From NCBI GenBank assembly GCA_963833985.1, contig CAWIAD010000001.1, positions 1,920,001 to 1,984,000 on the forward strand: a stretch of 64,000 nt of DNA, read 5' to 3'. The notes beneath the pieces are model-generated. The model made no database searches. It saw only the letters and a program-made list of their open reading frames with translations, and had not been told where the DNA came from. Below are positions 46,453 to 56,152 of the stretch, piece by piece. Position numbers and translations under genes: made by a program. Numbering within the stretch: the stretch's first letter is position 1; each line of letters starts with the position of its first letter. Origin of the DNA: an uncultured Planctomycetaceae bacterium. Its GTDB lineage: Bacteria; Planctomycetota; Planctomycetia; Isosphaerales; Isosphaeraceae.

Positions 46453-48237
46453 CTAATCGGTGTAGTATTTGTTTTCGTCGGGGAACTCTTCGCCCGCGAG
46501 AATCTCGTCCTTCTGCGCCAGGAATTGATCCAGCGGCGGACGTCGCGCAAGTCCAATGGCCCGCTGGCAAGCGTGAGCGAGCGCAAGCAGGGTGCTCTCG
46601 TCGTAAACGCGGCCGATCATTGTTTGCGGTTTTGGCATCGGGAAACCGTCCTGCGTTTCGAACTTCCTTGGAAACGTGATTGCCGGATGCCCTGTCATGT
46701 TGCCGTACCAATCCCAGCGGTCATCCGTTTCGTGGCCGGGAGTCCATTCGTCGCACAGCAAGACATCGACGGCTTGCATCATCTTGTCAAATCGCTGCAT
46801 GACGATGGCGCGCAGCCGATTGATCTTCAGGTAGTCGACGGCGGTCAGGAAATGGCCGAGCAAGAACCACGGCGGCCACCCCTTCACGCCCCTGGGCTCC
46901 CCGCGACGCGTCAGGTCTTCAAACGCGGCAGCCGACTCGCTGGCCATGAGCCCCGCCGAGAGCTCATTCTTCGGCAGTCCGTAGTCCTTTTTCATGTAGG
47001 GTGGCTCGACGGGAACGAGTGTCACGCCCAGCTCGCGCAGGACTCGAAGACGATCCCTATTCTTATCTTCGCCCCCTCCTGCGACATACCCCACTCGAAT
47101 CGTGGAAACCTCCCGCGACGAAGGCCAGACGTACGGCCGATCAACCGACGACGCGTCGCGCGGATCGGCACCGTGGATGGCGGCGAGCACCAGACCGCAG
47201 TCGTCATTGCTCCGGCAGATTGGTCCGATCTTGTCGAGCGACCAGCAGAGTTGCATACAGCCATATCGGCTCACGCGTCCGTAAGTCGGTCGCAGTCCCA
47301 CTGCACCGCAGACGATGGAAGGGCCGATGAGACTTGCGGTGGTTTCCGTGCCGATGGAAAAGCCGACGAGTCCGGCGGCGGATGCAACTGCGGGTCCCGA
47401 CGACGAACCCGCCGCGTCTTTGCGCGGATTCCAGGGATTGCGGGTGATGCCGCGATACCACAAAACTGATCCGCCAGCCAATGTGTTGGTGGCCAGTTTC
47501 GCCACGAGCACCGCGCCGGCATTTTCAAGCCGCTCGGCCACCGCGGCCTTGGTGTCAATGATGCGATGGCGATACTGCCCAACGCCCCACGTCGTGGGGT
47601 AGCCCGGGTAGGAGATGATATCCTTGAGGCCATAGGGAATTCCGTGAAGCGGTCCGCGATCATGCTTCGCGCGCAGCTCCTGGTCGGCTCGCTCCGCTTG
47701 TTTCAGCGCCAGCTCGTCCATGAAGGTCACGACGCATTTGAGCAGCGGGTCGTAGCGCCGGAGCCGTTCCAGATAAAGCTTCGTCAATTCCACCGACGAA
47801 ATCTTTCGATTGCGCAACAGCTTCCCGAGCCGCCGGATGGAACTGAACGCCAGGTCCTCGTCAGAGTCGGGCCGTGAATCCGGATCGGAGACCCGTGCTT
47901 CGGTCCCCTGTGCCGGAGATGTTTTGATCTCGTAACCCCGCGGGTCAGGAAGTGACGCCGGACTGGTGAGCGGAGCGAACCGCAGCCCCGGAAGGAGTGA
48001 ATTGTCGACTTCGATCGGCCGAACGTGTCCCAGGTCCTCTCGCGCAAACTTGAACGCATGGACGACCGCTTCCCGCTGAGGATCGGTGAGCTTGATCCCC
48101 GCGACCCATTCTGCGTCGGTGACCATTTGCGGCGAGACGTCTCCGTCTCTCGCAGCCGCCGCCAGTGCCCGCTGAAAAACGGCCGTCCCGATTCCGGCGG
48201 ATCCAAGAATTGCCAGCGCACTTCGCCGACTGAGCAT
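46453..48237 (-). CDS. Amidase-signature family enzyme, Tat-exported
   Basis: SRRSALA signal, GPLHGIPYGLKD, AGSSSGPA, IGTETTASL, GLRPTYGRVSR. Confidence 0.92.
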   Translation of the reverse strand: MLSRRSALAILGSAGIGTAVFQRALAAAARDGDVSPQMVTDAEWVAGIKLTDPQREAVVHAFKFAREDLGHVRPIEVDNSLLPGLRFAPLTSPASLPDPRGYEIKTSPAQGTEARVSDPDSRPDSDEDLAFSSIRRLGKLLRNRKISSVELTKLYLERLRRYDPLLKCVVTFMDELALKQAERADQELRAKHDRGPLHGIPYGLKDIISYPGYPTTWGVGQYRHRIIDTKAAVAERLENAGAVLVAKLATNTLAGGSVLWYRGITRNPWNPRKDAAGSSSGPAVASAAGLVGFSIGTETTASLIGPSIVCGAVGLRPTYGRVSRYGCMQLCWSLDKIGPICRSNDDCGLVLAAIHGADPRDASSVDRPYVWPSSREVSTIRVGYVAGGGEDKNRDRLRVLRELGVTLVPVEPPYMKKDYGLPKNELSAGLMASESAAAFEDLTRRGEPRGVKGWPPWFLLGHFLTAVDYLKINRLRAIVMQRFDKMMQAVDVLLCDEWTPGHETDDRWDWYGNMTGHPAITFPRKFETQDGFPMPKPQTMIGRVYDESTLLALAHACQRAIGLARRPPLDQFLAQKDEILAGEEFPDENKYYTD

Positions 48238-49013
48238 GATTCAAGTCCCTGGAATGGGTGACGATGACCGGCGCAGATTCGCGTCAGCCTTGAACGGCGG
48301 CCACAGTTATTGTTGATTCAGAATCGACGAATGCCAACTCTTTCGCGGCCTGAGCTAACGAGGGGGACATAGTGAGGCAAGCCGGCAGCTTGGACAATAA
48401 TGGGGAACGACTCGTCATCGACCCCAGACGGCCTCCTTTTGCCCGGAGTGCGATGATGGCTGACCATGTTCCTCTCGAATCTCCGCCACTCTCGAGTCTC
48501 CCTGTGCCGCTCGAATATCCCCTGGGACCACGGAACCGCTCGGAGCGGTCAGGGGCGGACCGATTGAGTTCTCGGTCCCCGCGACACCGTGTGCGACTCC
48601 ATCGGGCTCAGTCGCGGCTCGCTCTCGATCATCCAGGGTCCAGACGTGCAGGACCCGGCGATTTCACTCACAAGCAGCACCAGGTCGATCGACTCCAGGA
48701 TCGACCGGAACCGCAGGCCGTCTTTCAGGTGCCGGTGTTGAAACCCTCCGGTTAATCGGCTAAAAAAGTCTTCCTGCTGTGACGCAGGACCGATGCGGCC
48801 TGGCGAGCGCATCGATCTCAGAAGATTCGCATCCTCGGCGTTCCCGGTCAGACTTGGCGTAACCCGGCGAGGGCCTGGCGAAGCGGGTAAGGCGCGGTCC
48901 GAGGCGAGGCCGTCATGCTTCGTCTCGAGAACGTGTTTCTTACCCAGCGCAGGCGAGCACAGGAAGTTGATGAGCCCCATCCGGATTCTCTGTCTCCTGC
49001 GGCGTTGTTCATC

Positions 49014-49616
49014 ATGGGCTTGAAAAGTGTCGCGAAGCGTCTCCAGCGATGGCTTGCCGGCAAGACCGGGGACAGGCCGCCGGCCGTGCCGTACGATTGG
49101 AAGGTCGAGAACGATCGGACGATCGAGAGCTTACGTCGACAGGGTGTGAGAATCGGCGGGGACTGCGTCATTTTAACCACGCAGTTCTCGCTGGAGCCCT
49201 ACCTGGTTGAGATTGGTAACCGCGTTGCGGTTTCCGGAGGGACGATTTTCCTGACACACGACGGCTCGAGTTTCCTGTTGCGGGCTCGCCGGTCGAATGC
49301 CCAGCATTTCGGCAAGATCACGGTCGGCGACAACACGTACATCGGTCAGAATTGCATCATACTGCCCGGGACTCAGATCGGCGCTCGTTGCATTATCGGA
49401 GCCGGCACGGTCCTCCGCGGGATGATCCCTGAGAACTCCGTCGTCGTCGGCAATCCGGGAAAGGTCGTGGGTCGGACCAGCTTATTCCTGGAGATGCTCG
49501 ACAGCAGCCCCGATACGCTCGATACTTTTGCCCTGTCGGCGACGGAGCGGGAAAACATCGTGAAGCGTCATTTTGGGTTGGATCAAGAAGAGGATTCTCC
49601 GTGCCGTGAGTCTTGA
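49014..49616 (+). CDS. Hexapeptide-repeat acyltransferase
   Basis: EPYLVEIGNRV, FLTHDG, ITVGDNTYIG, ILPGTQIG, VVVGNPGKV. Start uncertain (48915 possible). Confidence 0.85.
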   Translation: MGLKSVAKRLQRWLAGKTGDRPPAVPYDWKVENDRTIESLRRQGVRIGGDCVILTTQFSLEPYLVEIGNRVAVSGGTIFLTHDGSSFLLRARRSNAQHFGKITVGDNTYIGQNCIILPGTQIGARCIIGAGTVLRGMIPENSVVVGNPGKVVGRTSLFLEMLDSSPDTLDTFALSATERENIVKRHFGLDQEEDSPCRES

Positions 49617-49704
49617 CCGCTGGCCCACGCCGCGCCGGGCACCCACGGTGCGTCCATCCTCTGCTGCTGGGTGCGGCCGTTGAACCAGCCAAGGAGATTG
49701 GAAG

Positions 49705-50010
49705 ATGCGAGACCAGACGGTAACGCCTGTTAAGACAGCCGTCTCGAAAGACGCTGCTCGGGAAGCGATCGCGAAGCTCCTGGGCGTCGACGTTGCTCGT
49801 TTAATTCCCGATGCCTCACTGACGGAGGACTTGAAGCTCGACTCGATCGACTCGGTCACGCTCATCATGGATCTCGAACGACTGTTCGATGTCCAGCTGC
49901 CTGACAAAGAAGCGGCTCAGATCACGACAGTTTCAGAAATGATCGACTTCCTCTGCGTGCAGACGGCGCTTGCACGGTCGGCGAATGCCTCCGTGACTTC
50001 GCCAGATTGA
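49705..50010 (+). CDS. Acyl carrier protein
   Basis: DLKLDSIDSVTLIMDLERLFDVQLPD phosphopantetheine motif. Confidence 0.85.
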   Translation: MRDQTVTPVKTAVSKDAAREAIAKLLGVDVARLIPDASLTEDLKLDSIDSVTLIMDLERLFDVQLPDKEAAQITTVSEMIDFLCVQTALARSANASVTSPD

Positions 50011-50042
50011 GTGTCCGTCGCCGGCATTCCAGAGCAACGCAT

Positions 50043-50176
50043 GGGGCCACCCATAGATCCGGGTGGTGTCAATGGCTTCCGCGTGAGACTCGGTGTCAGA
50101 AAGCGGCCTGAGAACTCGGCTTGCAGCGGTGGAATCACCAGGTGCCTGGTGCGGGGCCGAGAGGAATGTGGATGGC
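50043..50176. repeat. Structured direct repeat, copy 1
   Basis: GGGGCCACCCATAGATC...AACTCGGCTTGCAGCGGTGGAATCACCAGGTGCCTGGTGCGGGGCCGAGAGGAATGTGGATGGC. Confidence 0.9.
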
Positions 50177-50386
50177 ACCTGAGCCTGGCTCCCCCGCGCC
50201 CCGAGACTTTGTTCTCTCGTTTCTCGCGGTGTGAGACGTTGTCCTCGAACGGACCATCACTGTGTCGAGCATCTCAACCTCGCATGACACTGCCGACTTC
50301 GGATCGGCTTCGAGCATGCGATGTACTATATGAAGGCACAGGCATTCCCCGATGCTTCGAGTTCAACAGTGTCGGCTCTGTGCCGG

Positions 50387-50890
50387 CTAGCCGCCAGCGA
50401 GACGCTTGATGTCTTTGATCAGCAGGTAAAGGTGGAGCGCATCCGTTGGCGACGGAATGAATCCGAAATGCTCGTAGAAACGGCGGGCGTTTTCGTCCTT
50501 GGCGTGGACGGCCAAAGCGCGGATGCCGGCGATGTCGGCGGCCTGAATTGTCCGCAGCATCGCATCCTTGAGCAGACCGGAACCGATTCCCTGGCCTTGC
50601 AATCCGCTACGGACCGCGAGCCGGGCGATGAGCATGATCGGCACGGCATGGCGGGCCAGGCCCTTGCTCAGTCGTTCGGGCGCGTCGTGATAAGCCACCT
50701 GGCCCACCGCCAGCGAGTAGTAACCGACAACAGTCTTTCCGGAAAGCGCTACGTAAGTTTGAGCGGCACCTGCGCGTAGGTTGACCAGGGCGAAGCGTGA
50801 GAGAAAGCGGTTCAGCTCCTCCTGTCCGCAGTCGAAGTCGGAAACCGCGTGATCCGATCTGAGCTTCTCGATCCGGAGTGGATCGGCCAT
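50387..50890 (-). CDS. GNAT-family toxin (TacT/AtaT-like)
   Basis: FDCGQEELNRFL, VGYYSL, MLIARLAV..QGQGIG..LL.DA, VHAKDENARRFYEHFGF. Confidence 0.92.
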   Translation of the reverse strand: MADPLRIEKLRSDHAVSDFDCGQEELNRFLSRFALVNLRAGAAQTYVALSGKTVVGYYSLAVGQVAYHDAPERLSKGLARHAVPIMLIARLAVRSGLQGQGIGSGLLKDAMLRTIQAADIAGIRALAVHAKDENARRFYEHFGFIPSPTDALHLYLLIKDIKRLAGG

Positions 50891-50892
50891 CC

Positions 50893-51177
50893 TCAATCGC
50901 CGCGTTCAAAGACGCTCGGTTCCCTGAGGAGTCGGCCAAGGCGTGGGATTTCGCGGGGAGGGGCGTCGAGCGCTTCCATGAACGCCTTCCAGCAATTGGC
51001 ATCAAGGCCGAATCGGGTGCGGTCGGCCAGGGTTTCCTCAGCGCGCAGCAGGGCACTCTCGAGCACGAATTCGCTGACTGTCCGGCCCGCGGACTCAGCA
51101 GCAGTTTGCAGTTTCTGCTTGGCCTCCGGCGACAGCCGAAGATCAAGCTTGGCGGTCCGAGTCGATCGTACCGGCAT
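50893..51177 (-). CDS. DUF1778 RHH antitoxin (TacA/AtaR-like)
   Basis: KLDLRLSPEAKQKLQTAA..GRTVSEFVLESA...F.EALDAPP; upstream of the GNAT gene. Confidence 0.92.
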   Translation of the reverse strand: MPVRSTRTAKLDLRLSPEAKQKLQTAAESAGRTVSEFVLESALLRAEETLADRTRFGLDANCWKAFMEALDAPPREIPRLGRLLREPSVFERGD

Positions 51178-51297
51178 GGGAATGTCTCCTGGCCCTTTTC
51201 CAGAAGTGAGAGGATAACATCCTTGCCCGACATTGTCACGACAACTCACTCCGCGTCAACCCGTTGCCGCGTGCACAAGGGCGAGAATCGCTACGAA

Positions 51298-51455
51298 GGG
51301 GCCACCCATAGATCTGGGTCGGCGTCACAGATCCGGCGCAAGATTCGGAGTCGGAAGTTGGCCTGGCAACTCGGCTTGCAGTGGTGGAATCGCCAGGTGC
51401 CTGGTGCGGGGCCGAGGGGAATGGGGATGGCCACGCGACTCGCGCGCGTGCCTCG
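51298..51455. repeat. Structured direct repeat, copy 2
   Basis: GGGGCCACCCATAGATC...AACTCGGCTTGCAGTGGTGGAATCGCCAGGTGCCTGGTGCGGGGCCGAGGGGAATGGGGATGGCC...CTCGCGCGCGTGCCTCG. Confidence 0.9.
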
Positions 51456-51526
51456 TGGTGCGTCAGGATGGCCTGCGTGCCCTTCTCGGTTACAGTAGAA
51501 CGGTCACCATCAAAGGAGCGCCGCGA

Positions 51527-51769
51527 ATGACCACGCTCACGTCCGAACAGTTGCAAGAGATCCGGAAGGCGGGCGAGGAGGCTGTTCGGCTCGCCGATCC
51601 CGAGACGCAAACCGAGTACGTCATCCTCAAGGCCGACGTCTACGACCGCCTCCGTGCCGTGGCCGACGATGCAAGAGCTGCCTATCCCCTGGCCATGAAG
51701 GTTTTCGGCTAGGACGGTTGGGACGATCCGCAAATGGATGAATACAACCTTCTCGACCCCCGCACATGA
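51527..51769 (+). pseudogene. Putative antitoxin with in-frame TAG at 51710
   Basis: SD AAGGAG; MTTLTSEQLQEIRKAGEEAVRLADPETQTEYVILKADVYDRL...VFG*DGWDDPQMDEYNLLDPRT*; the second stop overlaps the toxin start (ATGA). Confidence 0.7.
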
Positions 51770-52114
51770 AGGTGAATCGTGGCGACGTCGTGCTGGTGGA
51801 CTATCCGTTCACGACGGGCGGGGCCAAGGTGCGCCCCGCTCTCGTCGTTCAAAACGACCGGGACAACGTTCGGATGACGAACACGATCGTCGCCCAGATC
51901 TCCGACAACACCGCTCGCGTCAACGAGCCCACGCAAGATCTGATCGAGCTGGTGAGTGAACCAGGCTGCGGGCTCGCAAGGGATTCGGCGCTGATCGCAA
52001 CAAATCTGCTGACGATGCACCAGGGCGATATCCTACGCGTCCTGGGAGCGCTCTCGGCCGGCAACGATGGATCAGATCGATGACTGCCTGAGGGTCGCGC
52101 TCGGACTCCCGTGA
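51766..52114 (+). CDS. mazF: PemK/MazF-family toxin (1-bp frameshift near 52060)
   Basis: RGDVVLVDYPF..KVRPALVVQND; removing one G gives ...LGALSAATMDQIDDCLRVALGLP*. Confidence 0.88.
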
Positions 52115-52349
52115 ATTGACTCGACGCACGCGAAACCTCCAGGTCACCCTCTCCACTGATCTCGCAACCGAGGCTGGATGGCTCATACGCCCGATCCGGG
52201 CCACATGACTCAGCCACCGTGCAAGTTCCATGACGGCGGTCCCGACCGAAGGAGTCAGGCGGTGCCAGGCCACCGCAAGCCCCTGTCGTGCCGCGTCCGT
52301 GCAGACAAGGTGGGAGAGGCAAAGACCGCCACGCGGTTTCGCCTTCCTG

Positions 52350-52437
52350 AACTCGGCTTGCAGCGGTGGAATCGCCGGTTGCCTGGTGCGGGGCCGAGGG
52401 GAATGGGGATGGCCCCGTGCCTCGCGCGCGTGCCTCG
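52350..52437. repeat. Structured direct repeat, copy 3 (core plus 3' extension)
   Basis: AACTCGGCTTGCAGCGGTGGAATCGCCGGTTGCCTGGTGCGGGGCCGAGGGGAATGGGGATGGCC...CTCGCGCGCGTGCCTCG. Confidence 0.9.
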
Positions 52438-52556
52438 CCGCACCGTGCCTTTCTGGGTCAGCGCGGCGAGAACAGGCGTCGAGCAGTGCACTGCAAGCAG
52501 AGGGTCGCTGCGAACTCCGGGTTGCGACGATGGCGTGTCGTTCTTTCTTCCCGGCT

Positions 52557-54323
52557 TCAGCGAGCTGGGCCTTGAAGACGGCTCATGGCGGCTACCGTAC
52601 CGTCCCGAGGCGACGGCGATTCCATGAAGATGGACCAGCTCTCGTCGTTTGGAAGATCGAATCGGGACGTCGGCACCAGGGGGCCCAGGCGACGTTCGAC
52701 GGCCTGCTGATAGGCAGCCCGCTTTTCCTCCGAGAAGTGACGGATGTCACCGTGCCGCTGAACGATCAGCCAGACCTTTCCTGGCGGGGACGAAACGATC
52801 GTTTCGGGCTCGGGCTCCCACCTCACCGGGACCGGGGAATAACTCAGCAGGTAGAAACGGACCTCGGCAACCCGTTGAAGCCATTGCGTCAACATCAAGT
52901 CGTCGAAGACAGGTGGCGGAGTCACGCTGTTGAAGACGATCAACTGGTCGGCGGGTCCGACGCGCCCGGCAATCCAGCGGGCGAGACGGCGGTGCTCCTC
53001 GGTCGCGCTACTGCGATAGGGTCTGGCCACGTCGAACGCCATGGCGGCCAGCGGCAAGGCGGCCAGTACCCCGGCCACGATCAGGGGGCCTCGTCTGATC
53101 GCGTGGCGAGCTCGCAGGAAGGCGATCGTGCCCTCGCCCGCGAGCAAGCAGAAGGCCGGTGCCATGTAGAGCATCACCCGGGTGCTTGTGCCATAAGGAT
53201 AACGGTGCATGGCGGCCGCGACGAGCGCGAAGGGCAGGGGAGCCAGCAACAGAAACAGGAGCGGCCGGCGGGCCCGGCGCTGTGCCATCCGGACACAACC
53301 CATCACGACCAGAAAAGCCGTGAAAGTGCTGCCGAAATCGTGGCCGCCATGCGGATAGGCCAGCATCTGACCGGTGTGGATCTCGAGCAGCCACCAGGGG
53401 AGCCGCCACGGCTGAGCGAGCGGTGGAAAGGCGTTCCGCCAGGTCGCGAGGTTCGGCAGGAACGCCGCGTCGTGGGCCTGCGGGCCCGCAAAGCCGACGT
53501 ACATGACGGCCCAGCTCAGCACCATGGAAATGCCAAGCAGCAACCACACGGCCATCAGCCGGCTCGACCTTTCGCGGACGACCCGCGCCCCCAGCAGCAG
53601 CGCCACACCAGCCCCGGGAAAGACCGCCGTGTAGGAACACCAGACGCCAACGGCCGCCAGCGCAAGCAGCGCCATCCAGCGCCGGTATGAGCGCACATCA
53701 CGCCAGACCCACCAGCCCACCGATGTCAGGGCGAGCGAGACGAGCAGATCGATGGCGTATGGCTTCACTTCAATGGAATGGCGTACCGGATAGAACGATG
53801 CGGCAAGGATGGCCGTCGCGATCAGGGTGGTCCGGCGCGTGGTGACCTTGCCGCAGAAACTCCAGAACCCGAGCAGTCCCCCGACCCCGGCCAGATAAGG
53901 CACCAGCCGCAGCGCCCATTCGCCGGAGCCGAACGCATGGACCACCAGCCATTCCACCCAGAGAAAGCCAGGGGGCACGATCTGGAAGTACTCCAGCGGC
54001 TGCGCCAGGCCCGCCAGGTCGCGAGTCAGCAGGTTCACGGCGACGTACGCCTCATCCCCCCAGAGCGGGAAGGCCATGGCATAGCGGACGGTCCGCCAGA
54101 GCAGCCCCAGGAAGAGCATGAAGAAGGCGGCGCCGCGAAGCAGGGGCCAGGCCGATCCGATCACAACGGGACGAAGGCCCGTGCGCACTCGCCTCGTCGC
54201 TTCGCGATCGGGATCTCCGCGCCCGGGCGGCTGGCTGGTGTGCCGCAGTTTGGTGCAAGAAGGACCTGTTCCGTCCCCCACCTGACTCGTGACTCGGCAA
54301 TCGTCCAATACCGGACTTTCCAT
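52557..54323 (-). CDS. GT-C fold membrane glycosyltransferase (ArnT/PMT-like, GT39/83)
   Basis: PLWGDEA, PPGFLW, SGEWALRL, EVKPYA, multiple TM segments. Start uncertain. Confidence 0.82.
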   Translation of the reverse strand: MESPVLDDCRVTSQVGDGTGPSCTKLRHTSQPPGRGDPDREATRRVRTGLRPVVIGSAWPLLRGAAFFMLFLGLLWRTVRYAMAFPLWGDEAYVAVNLLTRDLAGLAQPLEYFQIVPPGFLWVEWLVVHAFGSGEWALRLVPYLAGVGGLLGFWSFCGKVTTRRTTLIATAILAASFYPVRHSIEVKPYAIDLLVSLALTSVGWWVWRDVRSYRRWMALLALAAVGVWCSYTAVFPGAGVALLLGARVVRERSSRLMAVWLLLGISMVLSWAVMYVGFAGPQAHDAAFLPNLATWRNAFPPLAQPWRLPWWLLEIHTGQMLAYPHGGHDFGSTFTAFLVVMGCVRMAQRRARRPLLFLLLAPLPFALVAAAMHRYPYGTSTRVMLYMAPAFCLLAGEGTIAFLRARHAIRRGPLIVAGVLAALPLAAMAFDVARPYRSSATEEHRRLARWIAGRVGPADQLIVFNSVTPPPVFDDLMLTQWLQRVAEVRFYLLSYSPVPVRWEPEPETIVSSPPGKVWLIVQRHGDIRHFSEEKRAAYQQAVERRLGPLVPTSRFDLPNDESWSIFMESPSPRDGTVAAMSRLQGPAR

Positions 54324-54647
54324 GTCTCAGTGTTCCTGCGACGACCTCGGGCATCAGACACCCCCGCCTGCTGAGGGTTCATCGCGCGTGCATCCCCCCG
54401 TGCGCGCACTTTTTCCCGATTTGCGGGGTATGACGCGGAATCCAAGGGAGAGTTCCTGCCGCGGGCCCGGCGGCAGCCGCGGCTTGCTGCAACGGCATGG
54501 AAGCGGTCGGGTGCTGCGCCGTCCGCCGACCGGTTTGGCCACCGCGCGGCCCTGCACTGGCCGGCCGGCCGCTCCGGATATGGGTCGTATCGATAAACAA
54601 TGGCGCAATCACCGGTGCCCGCAGGCCGCTGGATGCGCGCTTGGTCA

Positions 54648-54676
54648 TTGTCTTGGTTCTTCGACTTTGTTATACT
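54648..54676 (+). promoter_or_regulatory. Putative sigma70 promoter of the first RRM gene
   Basis: TTGTCT-17 bp-TATACT with extended TG. Confidence 0.55.
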
Positions 54677-54843
54677 TCAATGGATTGGCCGGTCGACAGA
54701 GCAAGCACTCTGGTTTCTTACGGAATCACTCCTTGCTTATCTCTCTCGCCTGTTCCACGTCCTGAACAAGCTCGTTCGCCCAATCTCATCGATCCAAGAA
54801 GCAGTCGATGGATCGAACATTCCTTGTCATCCGGAGCTGCTCC

Positions 54844-55140
54844 ATGGGAAAGAAGCTGTACGTCGGGAACCTGGCCGATTCCATTGTTTCATACGATCTG
54901 CGCGACCTGTTCACCCAGTTCGGGACCGTGCTCAGCGCCCGGGTTGTGATGGACCGCGAGACGGATCGCAGCAAGGGCTTCGCTTTCGTCGAGATGGAAA
55001 CCGACGAACAGGCCCACGCGGCGATTCTGGGTCTCAATGACCAGGACCATGAGGGGCGCAAGCTCACGGTCAACGAGGCGAAGCCTCGGGTCGCCCGCAC
55101 GAACCGGGTCAGTCCTGAACCTGGCGGCCTGCGCCATTGA
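54844..55140 (+). CDS. RRM RNA-binding protein
   Basis: RNP2 LYVGNL, RNP1 KGFAFVEM, LTVNEAKPR. Confidence 0.93.
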   Translation: MGKKLYVGNLADSIVSYDLRDLFTQFGTVLSARVVMDRETDRSKGFAFVEMETDEQAHAAILGLNDQDHEGRKLTVNEAKPRVARTNRVSPEPGGLRH

Positions 55141-55403
55141 CGGGTTGATCCACGGGCAATGCCGGGGGTTGCAGACACGGCTCCCTCGCTGGCTCTCCAT
55201 CAAGAGTCGAAACCATCGTGCGCTTCGATGTGGTTGCGAATGTGCTGGCAGAACTTCCAGCAGGCACAATAATCGACATGCATAAATAAATCTTATGCTT
55301 GGATCCGAAGTAGTTTTGGCGGAGGTTCCCGGCTCGGTCAGGCGGTCCGTTGCGGTGGTGACCCGAACATCAATGGCCGTAAGGTCAGAAAGCAGAGCAG
55401 AGC

Positions 55404-55658
55404 GTGTCCAAGAACCAGAAGAACCAGAATCAGAAGCCGATGGAGATCATGGCCTCGGCGATCGTGCAGAGGCCTCATAGTTTTCAGTTCATACGAGAGT
55501 CAACCGGGCTCAAGTTGACCGACCAGGAATTCAAGGCGATCGCCAAGAGCGACCCGGCCCGGTTCAAGCTTGTCAGGTTCATGAAGCGGGACGACGAGGG
55601 CACGCGGATCTCGCCCGGACGTCCCGGTGTCGGCCTGAAGAGCCAGAGCAGCGCCTGA
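55404..55658 (+). CDS. Small basic hypothetical protein
   Basis: 84-aa ORF with coding-like codon usage between the two RRM genes. Confidence 0.6.
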   Translation: MSKNQKNQNQKPMEIMASAIVQRPHSFQFIRESTGLKLTDQEFKAIAKSDPARFKLVRFMKRDDEGTRISPGRPGVGLKSQSSA

Positions 55659-56152
55659 CCGGCACTGTGTTTCACCACGGTGGGGTGATTGCCCTCGCGT
55701 GAGTGCCAATGCGCGTGGCGGGCTCACGTCCCGCGTCGCGCCCGCACAGATTGCTGGCTCGCCATGGGGGGGAGAGCATCCGCCCGGGCTGACGGCACGC
55801 CGCGGCCGGGTGCAGTGCTGCGCTCGCATGAGACGATGGCACGAAGACGCCGACGCTGGCGGCACGGCCTGTGCAAGCACAAGATGCGGGACGGCCGGCG
55901 CACGTCGGTGTTTGTTGCTTGCATTCAAAATCCGCAAGATTTGTGCACTACGTCATTCCCTTCCCTGTCGATTTCGGTGATAATTGGATCTGGTTGGATT
56001 GACGATTGAGCAAGCACAATCGGTTCGCGCCGAATCTTATTTGCTTTCCCCTCTCGACTCTCCCACCTCATGGGCACATCAGTGCGCCCCTTTCTTACCG
56101 GCCCGGAAAGCAACAGGTGGGTCGGGACATTTTCGCCACCGGGAGACTGAAC

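Noticed and set aside
48240..48915. ORFs in the amidase-acyltransferase gap
   Set aside because: No motifs or clear starts; cannot support a call.
50043..52437. Canonical integron attC array
   Set aside because: No proper RYYYAAC...GTTRRRY symmetry and no intI in the window; kept only as an integron-like hypothesis.
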